A stretch of 51,731 nucleotides of DNA, from NCBI GenBank assembly GCA_002841825.1, contig PHAZ01000002.1, positions 1-51,731 on the forward strand, written 5' to 3'. This DNA comes from Deltaproteobacteria bacterium HGW-Deltaproteobacteria-22 (GTDB taxonomy: Bacteria; Myxococcota_A; Polyangia; HGW-17). Position numbers and translations under genes: made by a program. The first letter of the stretch is position 1. Every line of letters starts with the position of its first letter. Below are positions 39,016-48,359 of the stretch, piece after piece. The notes below the pieces were generated by a model. The model searched no databases and was not told the DNA's origin. It saw only the letters and a program-made list of their open reading frames with translations.

Positions 39016-40296
39016 ATGTCATCAATCCGTAAAGCCTACAAAACCATCCTGAAGGACCCATTCCCGGAAGAACTGGTCCTCGAGATCCAGGGCCAGCGCC
39101 TGCGCTTCTCCAAGCGCCAGTGGACGCTGCCGGCCGAGGACGGCACGCCGCGGACCGAAGGTCTGCGTTACGGCGACAACCCGGACCAGCCCGCGGCGCT
39201 ATACCGATGGGATGCGGGCGACCTGACCGTCGGCGGAAACACACTGGCTCCGGGCGGCGCCCTGGTGACAGGACTCTCGGAGGCCCATTTTATTCAGTTC
39301 GGCAAGCACCCGGGCAAGACGAACCTCACAGATCTGGACGCGGGCATCCGCATCCTGACGCCGCTTTACGCCTCGCCCGCGGCGGTGATCATCAAGCACA
39401 ACAACCCGTGTGGCGTTGCGTGCGCGGACACTATACAACAGGCGTACGAAAATGCCTATTTTGCCGACCGGATCGCCGCCATGGGCGGATGCATCGTGCT
39501 CAACCGGACCCTGGACGTTGGTTGCGCGCGGGCCATCGCCGACCAGTACGCCGAGGTCGTGGCGGCGCCCGAATACGAGGAAGGCGCCGTGGAGATCCTG
39601 CGGGCCCGCGAGAACCTGCGCATCATCCGCCTGCCGGAGCTGGGAGACCTCGAGAGCCGTGGCCAGGACCTTCAGTTGCAGGTGTCCTCGACGTCCGACG
39701 GCGGGCTGGTCCTGCAGATGTCCCAGGTGTCGATGGTGCGGTCGGTCCAGGACTTCGTTCTGGCCCAGCACCTTCACAAGGGCACCACCCACCGCATCGA
39801 CCGCGCGCCCACGGCCGCAGAGCTCGAGGACCTGTACATGGCCTGGCACATCTGCGCCAACGTGACCTCCAACGCCATCGTCATGGTGCGGGACCGCGTC
39901 ACCACGGCCATCGGCACGGGCGAACAGGATCGCGTCGGCGCGGTCCGGCTCGCCATCGAGAAGGCCTTCACCAAGCGCGCTGACCAGCTGGCCTTCGAGG
40001 GGCACAAGATGTCCATCTTCGAACTGGAGCAGGCCGTCGCCAAGGGTAAGATCGAGGCCTCTGTGCTTTCTGACCTGCACAGGCAGGTGCGGGAAGAAAA
40101 AGGCGGCCTGGCCGGTTCGGTGATGGCATCCGACGGCTTTTTCCCGTTCCGCGACGCCGTGGACACGGCCTGCGCGCTGGGCGTGACGGCGTTTGCCGAG
40201 CCGGGAGGGGCCATGCGGGATCATGAGGTGATCGGCGCATGCAACGAGCACCGGGCCGCGCTGGTGTTCACCAATCAGAGAGTGTTCCGCCATTGA
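39016..40296 (+). CDS. purH: AICAR transformylase domain of PurH (no N-terminal MGS/IMP cyclohydrolase domain)
   Basis: LRYGDNPDQPAALY, NLTDLD, IIKHNNPCG, SNAIV, IGTGEQDRV, ASDGFFPFRD, PGG.MRD.EVI, RVFRH. Confidence 0.88.
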   Translation: MSSIRKAYKTILKDPFPEELVLEIQGQRLRFSKRQWTLPAEDGTPRTEGLRYGDNPDQPAALYRWDAGDLTVGGNTLAPGGALVTGLSEAHFIQFGKHPGKTNLTDLDAGIRILTPLYASPAAVIIKHNNPCGVACADTIQQAYENAYFADRIAAMGGCIVLNRTLDVGCARAIADQYAEVVAAPEYEEGAVEILRARENLRIIRLPELGDLESRGQDLQLQVSSTSDGGLVLQMSQVSMVRSVQDFVLAQHLHKGTTHRIDRAPTAAELEDLYMAWHICANVTSNAIVMVRDRVTTAIGTGEQDRVGAVRLAIEKAFTKRADQLAFEGHKMSIFELEQAVAKGKIEASVLSDLHRQVREEKGGLAGSVMASDGFFPFRDAVDTACALGVTAFAEPGGAMRDHEVIGACNEHRAALVFTNQRVFRH

Positions 40297-40742
40297 TCTA
40301 CCTTCTGCTCTTCATCGGCATACCGATTGCCGAAATCTATCTGCTGGTGCAGGTGGCAGGCCGGATCGGCTTCGGTCTGACGCTGGGCCTCGTCATCCTC
40401 ACCGGCGTGGTGGGGATGGCCTGCGTCAGGCATCAGGGCGCGCGTGTGCTGTCGCGACTCAACCAGGACCTGCAGGGCGGCCGCATGCCCGCGGGGGCCC
40501 TCACCGAGGGGGTTCTGCTGCTGGCTGCGGGCCTGCTGCTGATCACGCCCGGTGTCATCACCGACGCGGTCGGTCTGCTGCTGCTGGTTCCGCCGATCCG
40601 GAAGGCTGTGGCGTGGGGGTTCGGAAAACACTTTGCGAAAAAGATCCGCTTTGTGCAATATCCGGGAGCACCGGATGCCTTTGGAGGCAGCGGTGATGGG
40701 GTGATCGAAGGTGACTGGGAAGAAGAAGACTCCGAAAAGTGA
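40293..40742 (+). CDS. fxsA: FxsA family membrane protein
   Basis: LFIGIPIAEIYLL, TGVVG....RHQG, GLLLITPGVITDAVGLLLLVPPIR, VIEGDWE. TTGA overlap with purH. Confidence 0.85.
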   Translation: MIYLLLFIGIPIAEIYLLVQVAGRIGFGLTLGLVILTGVVGMACVRHQGARVLSRLNQDLQGGRMPAGALTEGVLLLAAGLLLITPGVITDAVGLLLLVPPIRKAVAWGFGKHFAKKIRFVQYPGAPDAFGGSGDGVIEGDWEEEDSEK

Positions 40743-41823
40743 AAAGCAAAAGGCCCCCCGGAAGGCTGAAAGCGCCTCCCTGGTGCCGGTGAGCGCTCCG
40801 CTGGAGATCGACGACCGGGAGGTCGAGTTCGAGGCGGAGGCCGAGACCGAGGAGGAGATCACCGTCAGTCCGGAGGACATCCTCTCGTCTGCACCGGAGA
40901 CCACCGAACTCGACGAGGTCGCGATCCTGCCCGCGGTGGACGATGACGAGGTCGCCGGCCTGGTCCGCTACGATCCGGTGCGCGCCTACATCCAGCAGAT
41001 CCGTCGCTACCCGCTGCTGACGCCCGACGAGGAGCACGACGTGGCCACGCGGTATGTCCGCACGCGTGACCCGCACCTGGGACGGCGCCTGGTGACGTCG
41101 AACCTTCGCCTGGTGGTCAAGATCGCCCACGAGTACAGCCGGGTGCACCAGAACCTGATGGATCTGGTCCAGGAGGGCAACATCGGCCTGATCCAGGCCG
41201 TTGAGAAGTTCGATCCCGAGCGTGGCGTCAAGTTGAGCACCTATTCGTCCTGGTGGATCCGCGCGTACATCCTCAAGTATCTGCTGAATTCATGGCGCCT
41301 GGTCAAGGTTGGGACCACGCAGGCGCAGCGCAAACTGTTCTTCAACCTGCACAAGCAGCAGGAGTTGTTGCGCGAGCGCGGCATCCTGCCCACGCCCCAG
41401 CTGCTGGCCGAGGCCCTGGACGTTTCCGAGCGCGAGGTCAGCGAGATGCAGAAGCGCATGGCGGCCTCCGATCTGAGCCTGTCGACGCCGCTGCGCTCCG
41501 ACGAGGACGACGGCCGCACCCTGATGGACACCATGAGCGACGGCCAGGGCATCCCTGACGAGGTCGTCGCGGCCGAAGAGCTGCGCGCCCTGGTCTCCGA
41601 GAAGCTGCATGCCTACGCGGCCCGCCTCAAGGGCCGGGACCTGGTCATCATGCGCGAGCGCCTGCTCTCCGACGAACCGATGACCCTCAAGGACATCGGC
41701 GACCGCTACGGCATCAGCCGGGAGCGCGCCCGTCAGCTGGAGAAGCGCCTGATGAACCAGTTGCGCGAGTATCTGACCACGGAGCTTGGCGACAACGTGG
41801 TCGTCGCATTGGGGTTCGAATGA
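40711..41823 (+). CDS. rpoH: RpoH (sigma-32)-like RNA polymerase sigma factor
   Basis: SNLRLVVKIA, DLVQEGNIGL..AVEKFDPERG, RpoH box VKVGTTQAQRKLFFNL, TLKDIG.RYGISRERARQLE. Start uncertain; acidic N-terminal extension. Confidence 0.88.
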   Translation: MTGKKKTPKSEKQKAPRKAESASLVPVSAPLEIDDREVEFEAEAETEEEITVSPEDILSSAPETTELDEVAILPAVDDDEVAGLVRYDPVRAYIQQIRRYPLLTPDEEHDVATRYVRTRDPHLGRRLVTSNLRLVVKIAHEYSRVHQNLMDLVQEGNIGLIQAVEKFDPERGVKLSTYSSWWIRAYILKYLLNSWRLVKVGTTQAQRKLFFNLHKQQELLRERGILPTPQLLAEALDVSEREVSEMQKRMAASDLSLSTPLRSDEDDGRTLMDTMSDGQGIPDEVVAAEELRALVSEKLHAYAARLKGRDLVIMRERLLSDEPMTLKDIGDRYGISRERARQLEKRLMNQLREYLTTELGDNVVVALGFE

Positions 41824-42689
41824 AGTTCGTGCACGAACCCCATCCCGAGGGCGTCCTGTATGTGGTCGCCACGCCCCTCGGGAACCTCGACGACCTCTCG
41901 CCGCGGGCCCGCGCCGTGCTCGAGTGCGTGGACCTGATCGCCGCCGAGGACACCCGCGTGGCCCGTCACCTGCTCCAGGCCCTGGGCCTGCCCAAGGTGC
42001 CCGTCATCTCCTCCTTCGAGGGGAACGAGGCGCGCCGGGCCGAGGAGATCGCCCGCAGGCTCTCCGAGGGAGCCGCGGTGGCGCTGGTGACCGACGCGGG
42101 CACCCCGTGCATCTCCGACCCCGGGGACCGCACCGTGGCCGCGGCCCGCGAAGCCGGCGCCCATGTCATACCCATCCCGGGTCCGAGCGCGGTCACCTGT
42201 GCCCTCTCGGTCTCGGGTTTCCCCGGTTCGCGCTTCCACTTCGAGGGCTTCCTGCCGGTCAAGGGTCGCGACAGAAATAAACGTCTGACGGAAATTTCCA
42301 CCCTGGATGTAACGGTCGTGCTCTACGAGAGTCCCCACCGCATCCGTGAAACACTGCACGATCTGGCCCTGATTCTCGGAAACGACAGGGAATGCGTGCT
42401 CTGCCGGGAGATCACCAAAAAGTTTGAAACGATCACCCGGGGGACCCTCGGAGATCTGGATGCAAATTCCAGTGAGAGTGAAATCAGGGGTGAATTCACG
42501 TTGGTGCTCGGACCGGGTCGCCGCACCGGTGAAAAACCTGAATTTCCGGCTTTGGAAAACGAAATTACGCGGCTCCGGTCCCTGGATCTTCCGGTGAAAA
42601 CAGTCGCAACCATCCTGGCTCCATATGCAGGTATGTCGAAATCGGAAGTCTATGAAATCATTCTGAAATTCGAAAAAGAACACCCATAA
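41820..42689 (+). CDS. rsmI: 16S rRNA C1402 2'-O-methyltransferase
   Basis: LYVVATPLGNL.D.SPRA, AAEDTR, DAGTP.ISDPG, PIPGPSA, YESPHR, REITKKFE, RGEF. Confidence 0.95.
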   Translation: MKFVHEPHPEGVLYVVATPLGNLDDLSPRARAVLECVDLIAAEDTRVARHLLQALGLPKVPVISSFEGNEARRAEEIARRLSEGAAVALVTDAGTPCISDPGDRTVAAAREAGAHVIPIPGPSAVTCALSVSGFPGSRFHFEGFLPVKGRDRNKRLTEISTLDVTVVLYESPHRIRETLHDLALILGNDRECVLCREITKKFETITRGTLGDLDANSSESEIRGEFTLVLGPGRRTGEKPEFPALENEITRLRSLDLPVKTVATILAPYAGMSKSEVYEIILKFEKEHP

Positions 42690-42702
42690 TTACAGGGACA
42701 AT

Positions 42703-42751
42703 AAAATTTTTCGGAAAAATACTTGACGGGGCGGTGGGACTGGACTATAAA
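42703..42751 (+). promoter_or_regulatory. strong sigma70 promoter with A/T-rich UP-like element
   Basis: AAAATTTTTCGGAAAAAT, then TTGACG(42723-28)-17 bp-TATAAA(42746-51). Confidence 0.75.
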
Positions 42752-42757
42752 ACCATC

Positions 42758-42974
42758 ATTGGGAGCGAGAAAGAACCTCTTGGAGAAGAGGTTGCTACCA
42801 CGAGGCTGTTACTTCAGAGGAGATTTTGACATATCTCTGGGTTGCGTGAGCAACCTATCCCGAACTTACCCCGGCCCGGTTAGCCCTTTCCCGCCAACAT
42901 TCACATCACCGTTTCCACTCTCCTCTGAAGCGGTAAATTCTTTTGAAGGGCTGGGCCGGGGTTGCCTTTCTTTT
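42758..42974 (+). ncRNA. candidate structured non-coding RNA or long regulatory leader (family not recognised)
   Basis: Hairpin 42774-93, GNRA hairpin GGTTGC-GTGA-GCAACC 42840-55, 12-bp helix 42812-23/42919-30, 16-bp helix 42869-88/42946-61 followed by a T-rich tract. No credible ORF. Confidence 0.6.
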
Positions 42975-42982
42975 AGACGGTG

Positions 42983-43933
42983 ATGACGCAACAACGCTGC
43001 ATGGTGACCGAACCGATGGCCGGATGGCGGGTCGAAAAGATCTGTTCCGGTCTGTTTCCGGGTCGAACTCGTCCCCAATGGCAGATCCTGATCGACAATG
43101 GAATGGTCAAGGTGGACGGTCGTCGGGCCCGACGCGGCGACAGGCCTGCGGCCGGTGCGGTGCTCGAGATCCTCGAACTCCCGCCCGAGGCAGACGTCTG
43201 GACGCCCGCCTACACTGACCCGGAGATGATCCGGGTGATCCTGCGCACGCCGCGGGTCATGGTCGTGGACAAGCCGCCGCAGCTTCCCACGTTGCCGCTC
43301 ACCCCCGGGGATGCTCCCACCGTCGCCGGCGCGCTGTTGGCCGCCGAGCCCGGGATCATCGGGGCGCCGCCGCGGGAGGCCGGCATCGTCAACCGGCTCG
43401 ACAACGACACCTCCGGCCTGATCGTCGCGGGCATGGACCCGGGTGCACAGGAGCGGCTGCGGCAGCGGTTCGCCTCACACCGCATCGAGAAGACCTACCG
43501 GGCGCTGGTGCACGGATGTTTCCCGGAGAAACCCGTGTGGCTGACAGGCCGGGTCTTCACCCTGGGCACGCAGCGCGTGCGCTACGAGCCCGGCGAGGGT
43601 CACGACGGTCAGATGGCGATCTCACTGGCCACCCGCCTGTGGGAGGGCGGAGGTCTCTCGCTGGTGGAGGTCGTCACGCGATTCGGACGGCGGCACCAGG
43701 TTCGCGTCCAACTGGGGCACGCCGGTCATCCGATCCTCAACGACGGACTCTATTCGTCTGCACCGACTCTCCCGTTCGAAGGTCATTTTCTGTGGGCCTG
43801 CCGCATCGCCTTCGCCGATCCCGAGAACGACCTGCCCCAGGTTGTCGGGTCGCGTTTTCTGCCTGCGTCCTGGCTCGGGTTCGCCCAAACCATCGGCTGC
43901 GGCGACTTCTTTGAGGGTGTGGAAGCGTTTTAG
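42983..43933 (+). CDS. RluA/RluD-family pseudouridine synthase with S4 domain
   Basis: S4-like AGWRVEK..R...Q.LI..G.VKVDG, VVDKP, VNRLDNDTSG (catalytic Asp), KTYRALV, GRRHQVRV..GHPI.ND.LY. Confidence 0.9.
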   Translation: MTQQRCMVTEPMAGWRVEKICSGLFPGRTRPQWQILIDNGMVKVDGRRARRGDRPAAGAVLEILELPPEADVWTPAYTDPEMIRVILRTPRVMVVDKPPQLPTLPLTPGDAPTVAGALLAAEPGIIGAPPREAGIVNRLDNDTSGLIVAGMDPGAQERLRQRFASHRIEKTYRALVHGCFPEKPVWLTGRVFTLGTQRVRYEPGEGHDGQMAISLATRLWEGGGLSLVEVVTRFGRRHQVRVQLGHAGHPILNDGLYSSAPTLPFEGHFLWACRIAFADPENDLPQVVGSRFLPASWLGFAQTIGCGDFFEGVEAF

Positions 43934-44026
43934 CGGCGACCTGGTTGGTCCGTTCGACCCTCTCTTTCATTTTTTACGCAACCCAAGCCGCGTGCCTCCG
44001 ATAATGATGGTCATCCGGAGGTTGTC

Positions 44027-44626
44027 ATGCGGAAACTCTTCATTTTCATTTTTTCGGTGCTCCACCTTCCCGCCTGCCGAGGGGCTCACGATAATCCCCA
44101 CACGGCCCGGCATGTGAGGCTCGGGGCCCAGGCCCTGCGGGAGCAGGAGCCCGAGCTCGCGCAGCGGCACTTCGAACTGGCGCTGCAGTATGACAACGGG
44201 GACCCCTCCGCCCTGGTGGGGATGGGGGTCGTGCATTATCTCGAAGGAGAATACCGGCAGGCACGATGGTTCTTCGAGGAGGCCATCCGTCAGAAGCCGG
44301 ACAACCCCGAGGCGCACGCGAACCTGGGTGCGCTGCTGTGGACTAAGGATCAGTTGGAGCCGGCCATGCGGCACCTGAAGACGGCGCTGTACCTGGATCC
44401 CGGCAACGACGCGGCGCGGTGGAACCTGGCCATGATCCTCATGCAGCGTCGGGAATATTCCGCCGCCGCCGTTCACCTGGGCTGGTACTGCGCCCGGAAG
44501 AACCATCCCCCCGAAGGGCTGCTGCAGTGGGCGCGTGCCCTGCGTGCGGCGGGGCAGACCGTGCGTGCCCGCCGGGTGCTGGCCATGCTGGAGGAAAACC
44601 GGAATCCTGTCACCCCGGGTCGGTAG
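44027..44626 (+). CDS. TPR-repeat lipoprotein
   Basis: GGAGG SD, lipobox LPAC, TPRs (AHANLG, ALYLDP.N..A.WNLA). Confidence 0.82.
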   Translation: MRKLFIFIFSVLHLPACRGAHDNPHTARHVRLGAQALREQEPELAQRHFELALQYDNGDPSALVGMGVVHYLEGEYRQARWFFEEAIRQKPDNPEAHANLGALLWTKDQLEPAMRHLKTALYLDPGNDAARWNLAMILMQRREYSAAAVHLGWYCARKNHPPEGLLQWARALRAAGQTVRARRVLAMLEENRNPVTPGR

Positions 44627-44723
44627 CCGAATTTTCCTTTTTGTACGCTGGCTTTTTGTGGCATAGTGGCCTCACCGGAGAAAACGTGATTACCCCTGCA
44701 GTTTTTCCGGTCACCGGTGGTGC

Positions 44724-47700
44724 ATGGACGTTTTCTATTTCGCTTTGTGCGCGTGCTATGCGGCGTTCGTCGCGGTTCAACTGGAGCTGGACTCCACGTA
44801 TTTTTCCCCAGGTCACCGGAAGTTGTCGATCGGCCTCTCGTTCGGGGGCCTGATCTTCCTGGCCCATTCGATATTGTCGGTTCACTCGCAGGCGAATTTC
44901 GCGCTGCCCGGGATGGTCCTGGCCCTGATCCTGATGGCGGTCGCGCTGGGGTTCGGCGTCTTTACCGTGGTGCGCCCGGTCCACAGCGGAACCGCCGACG
45001 AGAGGCTGTTCGCCCTGCTGGCGCTGGCGACCGGCCTGATCCACTGGTTCCCGGTCGTGGCCTTCGCGGCGCTCGGGCTGTTTTCGGTCCTGTTCATCGG
45101 GCTGTTCCTGCGGAACCGTGCCCGCGTGCTCTCGCGGGAGGTCCGCAGACACTGGCTGTTTCCCCTTCTGGCGGTATTGGTCATCCTCATCCTGACCTCC
45201 CTGGCGGCCGTCTCGCAGCAGCGCGAGAAGGATCGGCAGATGCGCGAGGGCCTGTTGCTGCAGACACGCCTGGTGGCCAACGCGATCACACCCGCGGATT
45301 TCGATCGTCTCGAGTACACGCAGGCCGATGAGGGCAACGTCGTCTACCGGCGGATCTGCCGACAGATGGCCGCGTTCGCCCAGGTCATGGGGCACCGATC
45401 CATCTATTCCCAGGTGGTCCGCAACGGGCAGATCCTGTTCGGTCCCGAGAGTCTTGAACCCGCCGATCCGATGGCCTCCCGTCCGGGCACCGTCTACGAG
45501 CAGCCGACTTTCTCGAATTATCTGGTCTTCTGGACCGCCCAGCCGCTCACCGTGGGCCCGTACCGGGATGAATACGGGACGTTCGTCTCCGCGTTCGTTC
45601 CGGTGCTGGACCGGACCACGCGCAAGATCCGTTTCGTGATCGGCATGGACATCGAGACGCCGACCTGGGAGAAGACGCTGGGCTGGGCCAGGCTTCAGCC
45701 TCTGCTGTTCGGCTTCCTGGGCCTGCTGCTGGTCTTTTTCTCGCAGCGGGCGCTGTCACACGCCGCCCGGAGGGAGGGTCCGGGGCCGCTCTGGATACGC
45801 CATGCCCATGCCTTCTTTGCCTTCCTGCTGGGGGTGCTGTTGACGGTGTATCTGGCCCGGTCCGCCGTCATGGAGGAGGAACACACCCAGCGCGTGACCT
45901 TCTGGCAGCTGGCGCTTTCCCAGTCGACGCGGATCCAGGAGGCCTTCAACGGCATTGAGGAAAAGGAGCTGCAGTCGCTGGTCCGGTTCTTCGAGAGCAG
46001 CGAGTTGGTGAAACGGAGCGAGTTCGAGGACTTCACCCGCGAGATGAACCAGCTGCCCTACGTGCTGGCCTGGTCGTACGCGCCGCGGGTGCCGGTGGGC
46101 CAGTTGAACGCCCACCAGGCGAAGGTTCAGGCCATGGGGCGTCCGCACTACACCGTGTACCGGCTGCCCAGCCCGGCGGGGACCACGCTGTACCCGGTGA
46201 TGTATGTTGAACCGTTCCAGTCCAACATCGTGATGCAGGGGCTGGACCTCCTGTCCGAACCCGTGATCGCCGAGGCCATCCTTCACGCCGAGACCACAGG
46301 TCAGAGCGCCATCTCCGATTCCTTTCCTATCCTGCACGAGATGGGATCCGACCTCGGCGCCGCGATCGTGCACCCGATCATTTCACCGTCGACGATGGAT
46401 TCAGACCCTCCCGCCGGCATGGTTGCGGCCACGATCCGGTTTGACGTGTTCCTTCGGAGCATCGTGCACTGGATGAACCCGCTGGGCCATGCCCGGATGC
46501 AGGTTTTTTCCGTGGATCTCTACCAACTGAAGAGCGGGCAGAGTCCGACGTTCCTTTCCACGACACGCCGCGTCGAACCCCGTTTTTTCGAGCGCTTCTT
46601 CGGCCAGCAGGAAAAGATGACGGCCGCGGTGCCGATCTTCGTCCTGGGCAAGGCCTACCTGCTGGTGTTCCGTCCCAACCAGGTGTTCTCGCAGATCTAT
46701 CCTGAGCGGGCCGGCTGGCTGACGCTGCTGCTGGGGCTGATCCTGACGTTCGCGCTGACGCTGCTGATCGGAATCATTCTCTCCTGGCAGCGCAGGCTGC
46801 GACATGAGCTGGATCGGCAGAGCTCCGGAAGACGCCGCAGTGAGAAGAAGTTCCACACGCTCGTGGAGAAGGCGCCGGTGGCAGTGGTGGTGGTGATCAA
46901 CAACACGATCCAGTACGCGAACTCCGCCGCGCTCCAATTGCTGGAGTCTTCGGACACGGAGTCGATCCTGGGCCGGGATTTCTGCGACTTTCTCGCCGAC
47001 CAGAGCCGCCAGCGGGTCAGTGACCTGCTCGAGGACGTCGATACAGCAGCCTCGACGACGCTGGACGTGGTCATCCACGGTGCCGGAGGGGAGACACCCT
47101 GCGAGGTCAGCACGGTACGGATCACGGTGGAGGAGACCCGGGGTTTTCTTCTGTTCATCCGGAACCTGACGGCCCAGATCCTGGCTCAGGTGGAGAACGA
47201 AAGGCTTCAGTCCCAGCTGGCCCAGTCGCAGAAGATGGAGACGATCTCCCGCCTCGCCGGTGGCGTGGCCCATGATTTCAACAACATGCTGGGCGTCATC
47301 CTGGGCTCGGCCGACATCCTCATCGATCACATGGAGTCCCAGGATCCGAACCGCCGCGACGTGCTGGAGATCCAGGTGGCAGCCTCCCGTGCGTCGGACA
47401 TGATGAGACGGCTGCTGGCGTTTGCTCGGCGGCAGGAGAGCCAGCCGGTGATCATGGACCTCAACAAGCGGATCAAGGGGCAGTTGGGCAAACTGTCGAG
47501 CCTGATCGGGGAGCAGGTAGAGCTTCGGTGGGAGCCGGCCGAGACCCTGTGGCTCGTGAGCCTGGATCCTTCCCAGCTGGATCAGATGCTCTCGATCGCG
47601 CTTTCCAACGCCTCCGAGGCCGTGGAGGGCGGCGGGACGATCACCCTCAGGACGTTCAACATCGTTCGGTCGCGCCCGGAGACGGGGCAGACGAACGAAT

Positions 47701-48359
47701 ATGTCGTGATGTCGATCGCCGACACCGGTGCGGGCATGGACACGGCCACGCTGGGGCATCTGTTCGAGCCGTTTTTCTCCACCAAGCAGCCCGGAGAGCA
47801 CACCGGACTGGGGCTGGCCATGCTGCACGGCATTGTGAGCCAGAACGGAGGCTTCATCGAGGTGAGGAGCCGTCCTGGCGAGGGCTCCACGTTTGAGATC
47901 CACCTGCCCAAGGCCTTCTCCACCGGGCGCACGTCCCGTCCGATCAGCGTGGCGTCGCCGTCGGGCGGAGATCAGGCCCCGTCGCAGCCGAACGGCGTCG
48001 AATTGATCCTGTTTGTCGAGGACGAGGAGGCCAATCTGCGCATCGGACAGCGCATCCTGGAGCGTGCAGGCTACACGGTGCTGCCTGCCGCTGGCGCGTC
48101 TCAGGCGCTGGAGATCCTGGAGAAGACGGACCGGACCCTGCACGCGATGATCTGCGACGTGGCCCTCCAGAAAATGAGCGCCCGCGAGCTGGTCGAGGCT
48201 GTCCGGCGACGTTTCCCCGAGCTTGGCGTGCTGTACGTCTCCGGCTATCCGGAGGACATGGTGCTCGACCGCGGCTGGATCCAGGAAGGCCAGCGTTTCC
48301 TGTCCAAGCCCTTCACCGGCGCCCAGTTGCTTGAAGCTGTGCGGTCATTGCACAGGTAG
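44724..48359 (+). CDS. hybrid sensor histidine kinase (multi-TM, Cache-like + CHASE, PAS, HisKA, HATPase, REC)
   Basis: GPYRDEYGTFVSAF (Cache-like), YPVMYVEP...GLDL (CHASE), GVAHDFNNML H-box, EPFFSTK..TGLGL, REC FVEDE/ICD/KPF. Confidence 0.92.
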   Translation: MDVFYFALCACYAAFVAVQLELDSTYFSPGHRKLSIGLSFGGLIFLAHSILSVHSQANFALPGMVLALILMAVALGFGVFTVVRPVHSGTADERLFALLALATGLIHWFPVVAFAALGLFSVLFIGLFLRNRARVLSREVRRHWLFPLLAVLVILILTSLAAVSQQREKDRQMREGLLLQTRLVANAITPADFDRLEYTQADEGNVVYRRICRQMAAFAQVMGHRSIYSQVVRNGQILFGPESLEPADPMASRPGTVYEQPTFSNYLVFWTAQPLTVGPYRDEYGTFVSAFVPVLDRTTRKIRFVIGMDIETPTWEKTLGWARLQPLLFGFLGLLLVFFSQRALSHAARREGPGPLWIRHAHAFFAFLLGVLLTVYLARSAVMEEEHTQRVTFWQLALSQSTRIQEAFNGIEEKELQSLVRFFESSELVKRSEFEDFTREMNQLPYVLAWSYAPRVPVGQLNAHQAKVQAMGRPHYTVYRLPSPAGTTLYPVMYVEPFQSNIVMQGLDLLSEPVIAEAILHAETTGQSAISDSFPILHEMGSDLGAAIVHPIISPSTMDSDPPAGMVAATIRFDVFLRSIVHWMNPLGHARMQVFSVDLYQLKSGQSPTFLSTTRRVEPRFFERFFGQQEKMTAAVPIFVLGKAYLLVFRPNQVFSQIYPERAGWLTLLLGLILTFALTLLIGIILSWQRRLRHELDRQSSGRRRSEKKFHTLVEKAPVAVVVVINNTIQYANSAALQLLESSDTESILGRDFCDFLADQSRQRVSDLLEDVDTAASTTLDVVIHGAGGETPCEVSTVRITVEETRGFLLFIRNLTAQILAQVENERLQSQLAQSQKMETISRLAGGVAHDFNNMLGVILGSADILIDHMESQDPNRRDVLEIQVAASRASDMMRRLLAFARRQESQPVIMDLNKRIKGQLGKLSSLIGEQVELRWEPAETLWLVSLDPSQLDQMLSIALSNASEAVEGGGTITLRTFNIVRSRPETGQTNEYVVMSIADTGAGMDTATLGHLFEPFFSTKQPGEHTGLGLAMLHGIVSQNGGFIEVRSRPGEGSTFEIHLPKAFSTGRTSRPISVASPSGGDQAPSQPNGVELILFVEDEEANLRIGQRILERAGYTVLPAAGASQALEILEKTDRTLHAMICDVALQKMSARELVEAVRRRFPELGVLYVSGYPEDMVLDRGWIQEGQRFLSKPFTGAQLLEAVRSLHR

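Noticed and set aside
42723-43078. Small ORFs, or RNase P RNA, downstream of rsmI
   Set aside because: The ORFs lack an SD and codon bias, and one starts in the -35 box. The RNase P GAGGAAAGTCC and 3' CGGCTTA signatures are absent on both strands.
44674-44711. Hairpin and out-of-frame GTG ORF upstream of the histidine kinase
   Set aside because: A single modest stem with no second line of evidence; could be chance.
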